Origin: Eledone cirrhosa | Lineage: Eukaryota | Length of the DNA stretch: 64,000 nucleotides | Reading direction: 5' to 3' | Assembly: GCA_964016885.1 (NCBI GenBank) | Contig: OZ024743.1 | Coordinates: forward strand, 245,644,001 to 245,708,000 | Shown: piece by piece, positions 1 to 12,723 of the stretch | Layout: each line of letters starts with the position of its first letter | Position numbering within the stretch: the first letter of the stretch is position 1 | Translations under genes and position numbers: made by a program | The notes under the pieces: generated by a model | Database searches by the model: none | Seen by the model: the letters and a program-made list of their open reading frames with translations, nothing else | Told to the model about the DNA's origin: nothing

Positions 1-2700
1 CAGACTGATGATGCGAATTCCAAGTGTGGTCGTACCATAGCTGTATACAGCTTTAAATAGATGGCTGGAGAGCAGCTAACAAAGGTCTTGCTGAGTGATG
101 CCAAGACACCCTCGGCCTTCTTGACAATCTTAGAGACATGCTTTATCCAATGCAAATCGCTGCTGACAGTAATGCCCAGGTCACGTTCACAAGAGGACTT
201 CTTGATATCAGTGTTGTGGAGGGAGTATGTGGACGCTGGACTTTTTCCTCCCAAAATGCATGGTGGTACACTAGTCCACAGCCAGCTTCAGTTGCCAGTC
301 TTTGATCCATTGCTGCATTGTGTCCAGGTCTGATTGTAGGGAGTTGTAGATTTCAGGATCAGTCTTTTTGATTTCAAGGTACAGCTTGATGTCATCTGCA
401 TATTTCAGTACCGTGGCATTCTTTAAGTTGGCATCTATGTCATTAATATATGCTGCAAACAAAAGGGGACCAAGAACAGATCCCTGTGGTACACCAGATG
501 ACATCTCTTTTAGGCTGAGAATGAAGGATTTCAACCAGTTAAAAAGATCATCCCTCACACCCATTGCAGAGAGTTTTGCCATAAGTCTTTTGTGTGGCAC
601 AGAATTAAAACCCTTAGCGAAGTCAAGGTAAACAACATCCACCCATGAGCCGCTGTCAGTGATCCGGGTAATGTCTTCAAGGAACTCGATAAGCTGATCA
701 CAACAGCTGGAGTTAGGGATAAATCCAAACTGTGAGAGCTCCAGAAGTTCCAAAGTGTTTCTCTGATACAGGATTCCATCAGTTTGGCAATACAGCTAGT
801 AAGACTGACTGGGCGATAGTTGACAGGTGACGTGCGGTCACCCTTTTTGAACAGGGGAATGACACTGGCAGTTTTCCACTGCTCCGGAGTAGCACCATTG
901 TTGAGACAGTATTGAAAGAAGAAAGAAAGCTGGTGCAAAAGGAAGTACCCGCCACGTTTGAGAAGCAGGTATGTAACACCATCAAGACCAGGGGAGGCAT
1001 AGTTGCGCTTATTCTTAAGGTGACGTCGCAACATTGCAGGTGTAAATTCCATAGTTCTTATGGAATTTGATGTTAGAGATGGTAGAGATGGTACATTCTG
1101 GTTTTCAACAGTAAAAGTGCTTGCATAGCACTCAGCAATGAGTTCTGTGGATTTGGGATCGTCAGTGATCTGGCTTGTGTGAGGATTGCGAAGAGGACCA
1201 ACTGGAGAGTGAGGTCTCTGCTTTGAATGAACATATTTCCAGAACACCTTACTGTCAGGATTGGTGGCTATGCACTGTTCAAATTCAAGCACTGCCTTTT
1301 TTGTCACTTGCTTGAGATGGTTGGAAGATTTATTCCGCTTTTTTCTGTTGGCATCTGATTTATGCAGTTTATATTCCCGTTCAGCGTTCCGACGTTCTTT
1401 CCTGGCAAGTCGGACCGCTGAAGTTTCCCAAATTGCACTTTTGGGTGGTTTTTTTTCTGCTTACGTGGCACCGATGCTGCACACGCTATCCATATTGAGT
1501 CCAGGATGCTCTGGAATATAGTGTTCACATCTCCAGAGTTATAGAACTCATGCCAGTTTGGGCGCTGTCGCTCAGTACAGTACAAGTTCCAATCTGCTTT
1601 CTTCCAATCAAAGCAAGCAGATTGGAGATGGTTCTGGTTTTTGTTGCTGCCCGCAAGAGCCAGATTGGCAATGATCATAGCATGATCAGGGTCGCCTAGA
1701 GGTTCCTCAGTAGTACAACTGATAACCACTTCAGGAGTAGTGGTGAAGATCAGGTCCAAAGTGTTGTCACCTCTTGTTGGAGAGGTGACTACTTGTTACC
1801 AGTTTGAGTCCAGCACTAGCTCAAGGAAATCGTTTGCACTTTGTGGCTAACGAAAGGTTTCCCAATCGATCTCAGGATGATTGAAGTCACCTGCAATAAA
1901 CACATAAGTGGCTGTTTTCCTGGCAGCAGCTCTGAGGATATCGCAAAGCTGTGTGTCCTGATGGTAGTTTGGGGGGCGATAAACAACACCAAGCAGAAGT
2001 GTTGACATGGTCATACGTATGTCACAAAAAAAACTTCTTGTGATTCGTTCAAATCAACGCAAGGAATTACCGAAAAGTTTGAATGAACGTAGACCATCAC
2101 ACCACCACCACGGCGATTAATGCGGTCCTTGCGGAAAAGGTTGTACCCTAATGCTGAAAACCCCATCACAGAGTAAGGAATGTGCCCATGTTTCCGTGAC
2201 TGTGATGAAGTCAGGGTCGATGCTTCAGATGTATCTTGTTGTATAAACTGCAAGCATTTAAGGACAACAATTTGTACCCTGCTTGCAGTTTATGATGGTG
2301 TGTAGAGGATGGCAGGTTGTTCTGGTTTAGTTTCCCAGAGTTGTAGTTTTTTCATTGCCAGTTATTGTGGGTAGAGCGCACTCAGACCAGCTGGTATCTC
2401 TCTTCCACGTTTCACCAGCCTTAACAAACCTCCAGATCTGCCCATCATCACGCAGACTAAAACTTTCATGTTGTGCTGAGTTCCTATTCAAGGAAGCTGC
2501 AGCACGTAGCTTTGGACGTACATGGGGTGGTAGGCCTGGGCGTGTTCGGAAGGTAATCCGATTTTCACGCCCAGCTTTAACAGAGGCCAGATGATATGAA
2601 ATTGCCTCAGCGGGGTCCGAAAAAGACAGCCTCATGTGTCTGGGTTTTGGACCAGGTCAACCAAGGCGGAGAGCACCCTTTGGGGGAACACAGCCTATGC
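1..2700 (-). mobile_element. Decayed CR1/L2-group LINE (possible ORF1 end, APE endonuclease, reverse transcriptase); runs off the window start
   Basis: Frameshifted pieces: GYNLFRKDR..RGGGV, LDLIFTT, ASPGLDG, NYRPVSLTS, YLDFAKGF, SGVPQGSVLGP, YADDIKL; stops and small deletions. Confidence 0.9.
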
Positions 2701-2717
2701 CTATACTCGTGTATAGA

Positions 2718-4560
2718 TCATCATCATTTTTATGTTCGCTTTTCTATCTTGTACAGCATCTCTACACTCGTTGCATTCCTTCATCATCTCCTCTGTGAGT
2801 CTCAGCGATTTTAGGTCAGCTCTCACCACCTCTACCCAGGCCTTCCTTCTTCTACCTCTTCCACTGGGATTTCCTGTCATTCTTCACCCAGCGATCATCC
2901 TTGATGCACATCACATTTCCATACCAAAGCACATCACTTCAGATTCCTCTTAAACCCAGTTACTCCCTCAGTTCATGCAAGCTCTACCTTTCTCATCTAA
3001 TGGAGCATAGTTGCTTCCTTTCTCTTTAGTCTACACACGTCCTCCACAGTCACAGCCCATGTTTCACTACTATACAGCATTACACATCGCACACGGGCGT
3101 CATATAGTTGTCCTTCTATACATAGGGAGAAACCTTTTTTGTCAAGTGGGAGTAGCTTTCTAAACTTCTTCCATCCTATACTTATTCTAACTATTATGCT
3201 CTTAGAGCACCCTCCTCCGCTGTTAAGTCACCTAGGTAGCAGAAGCTATCAACCACTTCTATGGATCATTCATGTGATTGGAAAAGGTTTATATCACTTA
3301 ACTATCCCTGACAGTTCTGCAGCTTTACCATTCTTCATCTCCTTGATTGCTTTCACCCTATAACTGTCGACTTCAATAGCTGGTCCTTTTGTTGGGTAAA
3401 TTGGGGGTAGTTTCATTCATTAGCTTCTCATAGTAACACTTCCAGACCTCTTTCTTTTGAACATCAGTGGTGTTAAGTGCACCAGTGTAATTTCTAAGAC
3501 ATTTTTCCCCAACATCCTGATTCACACCGACACACTGCTTTGCAATGCGGAACACTTCATATCTGAATACATTTTAAAACTTTCTTTTCTCAGTCTGTCT
3601 CCGAGCTGTGTATACCTGTCACCTATAGCTTTACACTTAGCCACCTGGTACTGGTCTCTATTTTTACAGTCATTCCATGCTTGTCTCTTGGCTTTAATGG
3701 CTCTATCTACTAGACTGTTCTACCACCAGGTCACCCCGTGTCTGGCTGGCGCTTTACTCCACCCACACGTCTTACCAATAGTTCGCAAAAGGTTGTCAAG
3801 CAAGAATTTCCAGTTGTCCTCTACCTTATATGTATCTAGCTCACCCCCCCCCCCCCTCAAATGCATCCAGTAGGGCCTTTCTAAACTTAACCCTCCATCT
3901 CCATATTTTCCTGCATATCTTGTTCTGTCTTGTGTTTATTCTGATGTCACTAGTAACTAACTTGTGTTGGGTGGCACGTTCTTTCCCAGGGAAGGCTTTA
4001 TTATTTATTACAGTCTGTTTATCTTGTTATCTTACAAATAAGAAATCAATTTGGCTTAGGTGTTCAGATGGCTAGCCATTTTCCTGAAATTTGTGTTGTA
4101 GATGGTTAGCCTTACTCCCTCTTCATTTCTTGAGCCATAACGCTAGCTGCTGTGAACTCCACTAAATCTGTCCTGTCCATTGAAGTCACCTGCCAGGATG
4201 ATGAGGTCTCTCATTAATAAGTTGTCTGTAGAAGTTCCTCACAGAACCTGTCCTTTTGTTCTTTACTCAATCCTGCCCTGTGGTGCATGAGTAGATATAA
4301 CTGTCACCATTTTATTTCCTACAGCTATTCTAAACTTGATAATTCTGTCACTTCCTATATCACCTCATCTATCCATTTCTTAGCTAGTAAGATGTCTCCA
4401 CCACCCACCCTACCATCATTTCCTACCCAGTAAAGTTTATATCTATGTTGTTTGCCTGTGAGGCACCTTTCTATTTCATCTCTTGTACTTAGCACACATC
4501 CACTTCTCTCTAACAGCTCCACAATTTCACCTGATTTACTTTTCAGGGTGCTAACATTCT
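2718..4560 (-). mobile_element. Old RTE-type LINE with the RT core deleted
   Basis: (ATC)n tail at 2718, C-terminal remnants, FRIAKQCV..DVGEKC..WKCYYEKLMNE linker and endonuclease remnants at 4080-4560; no RT core motifs seen. Confidence 0.75.
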
Positions 4561-5106
4561 GAGATTTGTAACTTGACAGTGGTTAGATCTGTGAGTAACA
4601 GTTTTTTGTACTTGCAAGGGAAAAAGTTTGTGCGATTGCTTGATAGTCAAGGGGTTCTTGCACACGGTTACTCTAGCCACCCTGCTGTGCACAATACTAA
4701 CATGACTGATATTAGCCCTGTATAAGCAATTAGTCTGAATCTTATTTGTGTTTTCCATAATTTTGATAAGTTCTTTTCCTGGCTGGATGTCCTTCCTATC
4801 ACCAATCACTTTACAGCATGGACCAGGTGCATTATTTATGCCACCAGACTAGAGTGGTTGTCTTACTAGACTCAAGTCCTCTCCACCTTGTATCAGTTCT
4901 TATTCAGAGTGTCTATTCTCCTAGATGGGTTGCCTTCACTATGGTTTACAGAGTCCACATCTGCCCTATGTGATCATTTTTAATAAGATCCAATCCTCCT
5001 ATACAAGCTGCCTTCATTGCAGGATCCAAATTTGCCCTGCGAAGTTGTTTAAAATTGGAGTTTCTCCCATCCTTGATGATTTGCCTTCTCAATAACTAAT
5101 ATTTAT

Positions 5107-5377
5107 ATCATCATCATTTTACGTCCGCTTTTCCCTGCTTACAAAGGTGGGACAGGAACTGATTCTAGCTGGATGCCCTTCCTAACACCGTCCTTTTTTC
5201 CCGTGGTGCCTCCACGACCACTTTGCAGTGGAATGATATGGACCTCAGTCCTATCATCTCATTTCTACAGATGAGTAAACTGGAGCAATGTGAAATAAAG
5301 TGTTTTGCTCAAGGAAACAACACATCACCCGGTCTGAGAATTGAGCTCACAACCTTTCGATTGCAAGGCCAATGCTC
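5107..5377 (-). mobile_element. tRNA-derived SINE family A (CORE-like centre, RTE-like tail), 5'-clipped
   Basis: Matches the full copy at 22125-22468. Confidence 0.8.
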
Positions 5378-5408
<31 letters not shown>

Positions 5409-5409
5409 T

Positions 5410-5737
5410 AGGCACATGGCTTAGTCGTTAGAGCATTGGCCTTGCACAAGACACTTTATTTCACATTGCTCCAGTTTACTCAGCTGTAGAAATGAGATGA
5501 TAGGGACTGTGGTCCATATCATTCCACTGCAAAGTGGTTGTGGAGGTGCCACGGCAAAAAAGCACCCAGCCCACACTGTAAAGTGGACATGTAGGTGCCA
5601 CGGCTAAAAAGCACCCAGCACTCACTGTAAATGAGGTTGGTGTTAGGAAGGGCATCCAGCTGTAGAAATCAAGCCAGAATCAGTTCCCGTCCCACCCTTG
5701 CAAGCAGGGAAAACCGGACGTAAAATGAAATGATGAT
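5410..5737 (+). mobile_element. SINE family A, inverted relative to its neighbour
   Basis: A-box-like TGGCTTAGTCG, core CAAGACACTTTATTTCACATTGCTCCAGTTTACTCAGCTGTAGAAATG, (GAT)n tail; B-box segment deleted. Confidence 0.8.
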
Positions 5738-5933
5738 AGATAGTGTATTTTGCAATACACTGTATGCTTAATTAAAAGCATTACTTATCAAAGCTAAGTA
5801 CTCCACCTGTTTACTGAAAATCATGAATGCTTGATTCTTATAGAATTCTAGTAATAATCAGGAACTGATTATACAGAGCGGTTGTCGACCAAGCAGAAAT
5901 TGAAAATTAGAATTGGTGCTCTGAAATACCGAT

Positions 5934-6508
5934 ATCATCATCATCATTTAACGTCCATATTCCACGCTTGCATGGGTTTGGACGGGAATTTTCCCACTTG
6001 AGGCAAGATTGGTTGTCTTGCTCGTATAGGACTGTCTGGTGGGTTTTCTACGGCTGGGTGCCTTTCCTAACACCAACCACGTTTACAGTGTGGACTGGGA
6101 GGTTTTTACCATGTTACCTACACGGCCACATTACAGCGTGGACTGGGAGGTTTTTACCGTGTTACCTACACGGCCACATTACAGTGTGGACTGGGAGGTT
6201 TTTACCGTGTTACCTACACGGCCACATTACAGCGTGGACTGTGTGTTTTTTTGTCGTGACACCTACACAACCTCATTTGTTTCGGACTGGATGTTGTGGT
6301 ACCAACATAACTTTACATTGAAAGGGGTGGTGTGGATGCGGTGGGGGTAGTGGGACGGGGGGTGTTTTTGTTAGAGGTGCCTACTGACTGTAGGTTTCGC
6401 TTTGTACTTAGGCAAGGCGGGTCTTCTGTATTACTGTGTAGCACCAAAGATCTTTCTGGGTCTGCCTACACCGTGGCTACTGTCTATTTTTATCGCCCTG
6501 CACTTTTT
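5934..6508 (-). mobile_element. RTE LINE 3' fragment with an expanded 48-bp 3'UTR repeat
   Basis: Same 3'UTR as the element at 44789-49017; (ATC)n tail. Confidence 0.85.
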
Positions 6509-6525
6509 TATATATATATATATAG

Positions 6526-6751
6526 TGTATTTTGCAATACACTGTATGCTTAATTAAAAGCATTTCGAAGACCTTACATTTCGAGTACTTAGCTTTGATA
6601 AGTACCAACAAGTACGAAACAGAGCTCTGTCAGCTTTATCTCCCCTTGTTTGCTGAAAATTTAAAGTAAGTGAGACTGTCACTACTCTAAAACAATAGCG
6701 TAAGGTCTTCGAAATGCTTTTAATTAAGCATACAGTGTATTGCAAAATACA
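6526..6751. mobile_element. MITE/foldback element with perfect 52-bp terminal inverted repeats
   Basis: 6526-6577 is the exact reverse complement of 6700-6751; flanked by (TA)n. Confidence 0.8.
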
Positions 6752-7370
6752 TTCATATATATATCACTATTTCAGAGCACCAATTCTAATATATATATAT
6801 AGAAATGAAAAATAGAGAAATTAATGTAAGCAAAAAGCCAACAATAATTCAGACATATAAGTGACTATAACATCAAGATGAAAAATTGTTAACGTAAGAT
6901 GTGGGATAAGTAATAGAATCTTAATTCAAAACAAGTCAAGATGAAAAACTTTATCCTCAGACTTTGTGTAAGCTGGGGGAAAAAGCAGTACAATCTTAAC
7001 TCAAAATAAAATCAAGAGAAAAAAATATATATATTTATATATATATATATAAATAGAGAGAGAGAGATTGGGAGCTACGAGTTTAGACTAGTAAGACCAG
7101 TGTTAAGCTTAACACTCGATACTTAAGAAAGTAGAGTATATGTATTACTATAAGTCACTGCTTTATATCTGATGTAAAATGATGATACACACACATGTAT
7201 ACAATAGCCTTAATTTCTGCCTACCAAATTCCCTCAAGGCATTGGGCAGTGGCAATTGTAGTAGACACATGCCTAATGTACGATACAGTGGGGTTGAACA
7301 CTACAGGGTTCCCAAGTGAACCTCTTAATCACAAAGCTATGCCTGCAACCAGTTAACAAAAGTAAATGTT

Positions 7371-7385
7371 TTTATTTTTTTTATT
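7371..7385 (-). terminator. Candidate EMC1 polyadenylation signals
   Basis: Two AATAAA hexamers on the minus strand ~130-140 nt after the stop, followed by a T/GT-rich stretch; weak in such AT-rich DNA. Confidence 0.4.
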
Positions 7386-7513
7386 TGTAGACGTAGAAAA
7401 GAAATAAAAAAAAATTGCACAAAATCAGATGAATAACAATAATAATTTACATAGAAAAAGTAAGAAAAGATTATTAAATAATATTATTATTATTATTAAG
7501 TATTAACTAACAG

Positions 7514-7674
7514 CTACCTCCATGCTCTGTTTAAAGCCTTCCTAGCAGCTAACTTCTGAGAAACAACTGACACCACTATCATACCAATTAGTACACTACT
7601 AATAAATATATAGTCAAAGTCATCTTTTAGTACATCAAACATCTTTGAAGGGTTTACCCTGGTGTAGAACAGAT
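7514..7674 (-). CDS. EMC1: EMC1 exon 25 (C-terminal transmembrane helix, stop)
   Basis: LFYTRVNPSKMFDVLKDDFDYIFISSVLIGMIVVSVVSQKLAARKALNRAWR*; ttccag| acceptor. Confidence 0.97.
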
Positions 7675-7762
7675 CTGGAAAGAAAAAAAAAAGAAACAAT
7701 CAAATAATAAGTGAAATGAGGAAGACAACTTGTGGGTTAGGAATGAAAGGAATGGCTTCATA

Positions 7763-7955
7763 ACAACAATAATTGTTTCTACATTTGGCACAAGGCCATC
7801 CCAGTGTATTACTGGTGCTTTATTTTATCGACCCTGTAAGGATGAAAGGCAAAGTTAACCTTGACGGGATTTGAACTCAGACCATAAAGGGACGTAACTC
7901 TTTGCTGCAAAGCATGGCGTCCGACCCTCTACCAATACTGCCAATCCACTGCCCT
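7763..7955 (-). mobile_element. tRNA-like-headed SINE family B (representative copy; about 20 copies or fragments in the window)
   Basis: B-box-like GAGTTCAAATCC, conserved centre GCCTTTCATCCTTACAGGGTCGATAAAATAAA, (ATT)n-like tail; other copies near 9130, 18830, 19790, 25890, 26960, 30350, 30500, 40965, 42140, 51125, 51345, 55800, 55990, 56480, 56772, 57425, 60935. Confidence 0.8.
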
Positions 7956-8645
7956 TTCATAACAATAATAATGATATCTAACATAGGTGGCACAAGAGAG
8001 AAGAACTTTGAGATAACCCTTTTGATACCAACTCAATAAAAACTGGTTCTGATTCTATGAAACCAAACTACCCATTTTAAAGGGTTTTTATTTAAATTAA
8101 AATCTTCCACCATCTTCATCATTTTACATTTGTTTTCCATGTTGGTTGAGTTATGTTTTGAGATGAGACAGGACAGATGACTACATCTTGCCCATACATA
8201 ATTTTAGATGAGAACCATAAGTTAAGTTATCTTAGAAATGAAATAATTAATGATGTTAGTAAATCCCTTAAAATTCTTCATTAATTAATTGAAATAGAGT
8301 GTATTTCATATCGTCATGAAAGGGTTAAACTTATGCCAGGGTGTTTAAATCACAATTATAAGGTTGTTGGTTTGATTCCTGGACCAGGTGGCTCATTGTA
8401 TTGTTGAGCAAGACGCTTCAGTTCATGTTGCTTTTCATCCGATAAACACAACCTTGTAGGAGGTTAGCTTGATAAATTTGCATAAGTGTGTGGAGTATAT
8501 TTTATTTTTTCCTGAAAATTCTGCCAATTCTTCACCTTTGAACTCACTAGTGCTGGTGCTACAATAAAATACATCCTGACAGCAACTAAACTGAGACAAT
8601 GCTGGGTTGAGAGGACTTCTCATTCCTGTTGAGAATATATATATA

Positions 8646-9131
8646 CTGTATATGCTGGCATACAAGTCAACATATGGAGTCTAAAAATCTCTCTCTAAAA
8701 CCAGGAGTCTACTTGTCTGCCAAATATAAGATGTGAACCTTTACCACTGAGGGGTAAACAGTAAAACTGCCTGCCTAACACTCATTGTACACCACATACC
8801 ATAACTCAAGCAGCCCACCACAATTATTTCCTACTGAATCTCATATTTGTTAAGTCTATTCAATGTAAAGATTATAATATCAATGACATGTTGTAGCTCA
8901 TAGGGTAGGCTACCATAGGTTTGTTAATTTTAGATTAGGCTGGTTTACTCAGTGAGTGCTAACTGAAGTGTTTTAGAAGTGTCTTAGTCTTTAGTGCAGC
9001 ACTAAATTTTTTGAATTATTTCCCCTGCAAGTGCCTTATTTTTAGGGGTCGTCTTATCCGGCAAATATAGGCCAAAACCAGATTTATACCTCAGAATTTT
9101 GCACCGGATCGACTTATGCCAGCAAATATGG
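8646..9131. mobile_element. Tc1/mariner-superfamily MITE
   Basis: Imperfect TIRs CTGTATATGCTGGCATACAAGTC / GACTTATGCCAGCAAATATGG, TA flanks; related short copy at 42468-42630. Confidence 0.6.
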
Positions 9132-9894
9132 TAATTGTTTCTATTTTTGCCACAAGACTAGTATTTGAAAGGAAAGTTGATTAAATCAACCCCAGTGCAT
9201 TACTGGTACTTTATTTTATCAACACGCCTGTAAGGATGGAAGGCAAAGCTAACCTTGATAGGATCTAAACTCAAATGCATATTGTTCGATGCTCTACCAA
9301 TACTGCTAATCCACCACCCTAAATAAAAATAACAGCAGTTTAATAACCAATTCTGTGTTATACACACACAGAACTGGGTAGGATGATCAATAATATTACA
9401 GTGAGTACCACAGTAAGATGATGAAAAATTGGTAGAGTTGTTAAAAAGTCAGATAGAATGTGTTGCAATTTTTATTCTGGTTCTTTATGCTTCAAGAGGA
9501 AGGATTAGATATATTTAAGATTTGAGAAGACTCTTGTGTTGTATAAATGACATGAAAGCATCCCTGGTGTGGGTGCCATGTTAAAGAGTACCTAATATAC
9601 TCTGTAAAATGGTTGGTAATAGCAACAGCATCTAGCTGTAGAGATCATGCCAAAAACTAGCAAGTAAGCAACACATGGGTCCCTAACACATCTCGTATGA
9701 CAGTAGTTTCTATTAAATATAGACTTGGCCTGTAGCAACAGGTCTAAATCATGCCCACTAATGTTAAATGATGATGATGAGTTAATGTGGGGCCTGAGAG
9801 AAATAATACAGAATGGTTGGGAGAAGGAAGAGACACCATACACTTAAATTAAGATCAGAAAACAAGAAAAAAAAGAGAACATTGTTTAACATAC

Positions 9895-10043
9895 CGAGTC
9901 CATAGGCTAAAATAAGAGATGTTGACTCTAATCCAGCAGAACCAGTGTAAATACCAGTGATTCCATAAACACTCTTGTTATAGTTGACAATAGCTTCAAT
10001 ATTGATAGGAATCTCTGGCATATATGGAATTATACCTTCTTCC
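9895..10043 (-). CDS. EMC1: EMC1 exon 24
   Basis: EEGIIPYMPEIPINIEAIVNYNKSVYGITGIYTGSAGLESTSLILAYGL; ttacag| ... |gtatgt. Confidence 0.96.
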
Positions 10044-10858
10044 CTGTAACAACAGATATATATAAAAATAATTATTCATGGTTATATTTACTGTATAATG
10101 TACATTTGGTTGGCATATATGGAATTATATCTTCATACAACAACAGATATATAGGAAATTGTTATACATGATGTGAATGCTTATTGTTATATTTAGTGTA
10201 TGGTACTAACACAGCAGGGTTGAGAAAAGAGGTATACATGAATACAGGTATAGTATGTTTATGTATAACAAATATAAATATAGTCTTGCTGTGAGTATTT
10301 TAAGCTGTGATCCTATCACAAACTCAGCATTTGTATAAGAACATCTATATATGTATTTAAGAAATCATTACTTCTTCATCAGTAGAAGCTTACTTACTAT
10401 GAGATGCTGAGGCAAAAGAAGCATAAAGCTACTTATATGGGTTTCATGAATAAGATATTTTTGCTGATTGCTCACTTATGTATAGTGCAGACTTGCTGGA
10501 CCTGTATTAATTAATGATGGCATTAACACAGTGTGGTTAAGAATAAAGGCATATATGGACACACACAGTATGTTCTTGGCACATATTAATGTGGTAGAGA
10601 TTCAAGCTCAACTTCTCAATCTACCCACTCTGCACCCATCCATCAAGTACTACTCTGATTTGTGGTCTTCCCAGTCCTTGTATCACAGACACTCAATATA
10701 TAATGGTCTAGTTACTATACACACATATGTGTGAGTGTGTCCAAATGTTTAGGAACAAGACAGTAATTGGATACTTGGATTAACTTACTGTGATGAGACA
10801 TGATTATTGTGGTGAAGGAGACACTCAATATTGACCAATGAAAATACAAATGACTCAC

Positions 10859-10943
10859 ATGTGTTGCTGTGTTGGAGTTACAGGTCGTCGAGGATCAAGG
10901 AAGGCCTTTGGAACAGATAGAAGACCACCAAATTTGAGGGCCA
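10859..10943 (-). CDS. EMC1: EMC1 exon 23
   Basis: ALKFGGLLSVPKAFLDPRRPVTPTQQH; ttccag| ... |gtgagt. Confidence 0.96.
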
Positions 10944-11402
10944 CTGGAAAATAAACATACAATTTCAATAATAATGACAGTATACAAAACTTGCCAAATA
11001 AAGGGTGATGACCTGTCCAACCCTTGCCATAGGGAAGACAGATGTTAAATGACGATGATGATGATATAGACTGTATTAGTACAAAGAATGTCAGTTGTAT
11101 AAAGAAGTGCCAAGCATCCCAACTCACTGAAATCCTTTTCTAACTACAAATAGCTAAACTACTAGAATACATCACCTTTGATATTATTGCTGTGTTGTTT
11201 TAATCCAGATCAGCTCTAATTGAACAGGCATCTAATAAAAGGTATTCTAATTGTGACCATCCCATCATTTTTTTTTTCATGTATAAAATATCTAGAACTA
11301 CATTATTCAACGCAACTTTCTGGGTTCCCTTTAAGTTGGTAGTGTGCTTTAAACCCTTTCATGACCATATTTCTAATGAAATACATTCTATTTCATCATC
11401 TC

Positions 11403-12285
11403 ATCATTATCGTCTTCATTTATCGTCCATCTTCCATGCTAGCATGAGTTAGACGGGAGTTGTCCCACTTGAGACAAGGTTGGTTGGGTGACCGTGTCTC
11501 GCTCATATAGGATTATCTGGCAGGTTTTCTACGGCTGGATGCCCTTCCTAACACCAACCACATTTACAGTGTGAAACTGGGAACTTTTTACCATGTTACC
11601 TACACGGCCACATTACAGCGTGGACTGTGTGTTTTTTTGTCATGACACCTACACGATCTCGATCTTTGTACATAGGCAAGGCGGGTCTTCTGTATTACTG
11701 TGTGGTGCCAAAGATCTCGGTCCAGTGACATTGTCTTAGAGAGGTGCAAGTGTGTAAGGTCAGAATTTATCAAATCGTCCCAGGTTTTATGGGTCTACCT
11801 ACTCCGTAACTACCATCAATTTTGATCGCCCTGCACTTTTTTATACAGCTGTCGTTTTTCATGCGCATCAGGTGACCATACCAACGTAGTCTTCTCTTGA
11901 TTAAACAGCATCTGATCCCTTTTATTCCTAATTTCTCACTTAGTTCATTTATGCTTTGCCGTTTGCGTATATTACTATTACACATCCAGAAGTGCATGCA
12001 TGCTTCGTTCCTCTCCAGTCTGCACAGATCCTCTGCACACAATGCCCATGTCTCACTGCCATGTAGCATTGCTGTTCGTATACAGGCATCATACAATCTG
12101 CCTTTCATTTTTAGAGAGAAACCTTTTGTGGCCAATAGTGGTATAAGCTCTCTGAACTTTTTCCATCCCGTTCTGACTCTGGCTACTGTACTTTCAAAGC
12201 ACCCTCCACCACTGCTGATTTTGTCACCCAGGTAACAGAAAGTGTCTACTATTTCTATAGAACCATCTGGGCAGTAGAAGGAGCT
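11403..12285 (-). mobile_element. 5'-truncated RTE LINE
   Basis: KGRLYDACIRTAMLHGSETW...RRLRWYGH C-terminal region plus the family 3'UTR. Confidence 0.88.
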
Positions 12286-12723
12286 AGTCTCCTTCCAGGG
12301 CTGATAAAATAAGTACCAGCTTTACAAAAAGATGGGAAGTGGGGAAGACAGAAATCTCAAGCTGCTGAATTTTATGAAAGAGATGGGAAAATGTTATTCT
12401 GGAGAACAATCCCCAACCCATGTAAGCATGAAAAAATGGACATAAAGAAATAATGACGAGAATGAAATTTAGGTTTCTCTTGCTAATTAGGTCCATATTC
12501 GTCATCTTAGCACCAACTATCTTTTTACTATTTATTGATATCCCTTTCCTCATTACTCTCTCATCAATCATTCATTCTCCCTCTCCAATATAACTCCCCC
12601 TTTTATCTATCTTCCTCACAATTCTATCACACTCTTTTTCTCTTACAGTATCTTCTATGCTATCTCTCACATACTACTTTCATCCTCTTTCTCTTTCTTG
12701 CTTCCTGTCACTTCCTCCAATTA

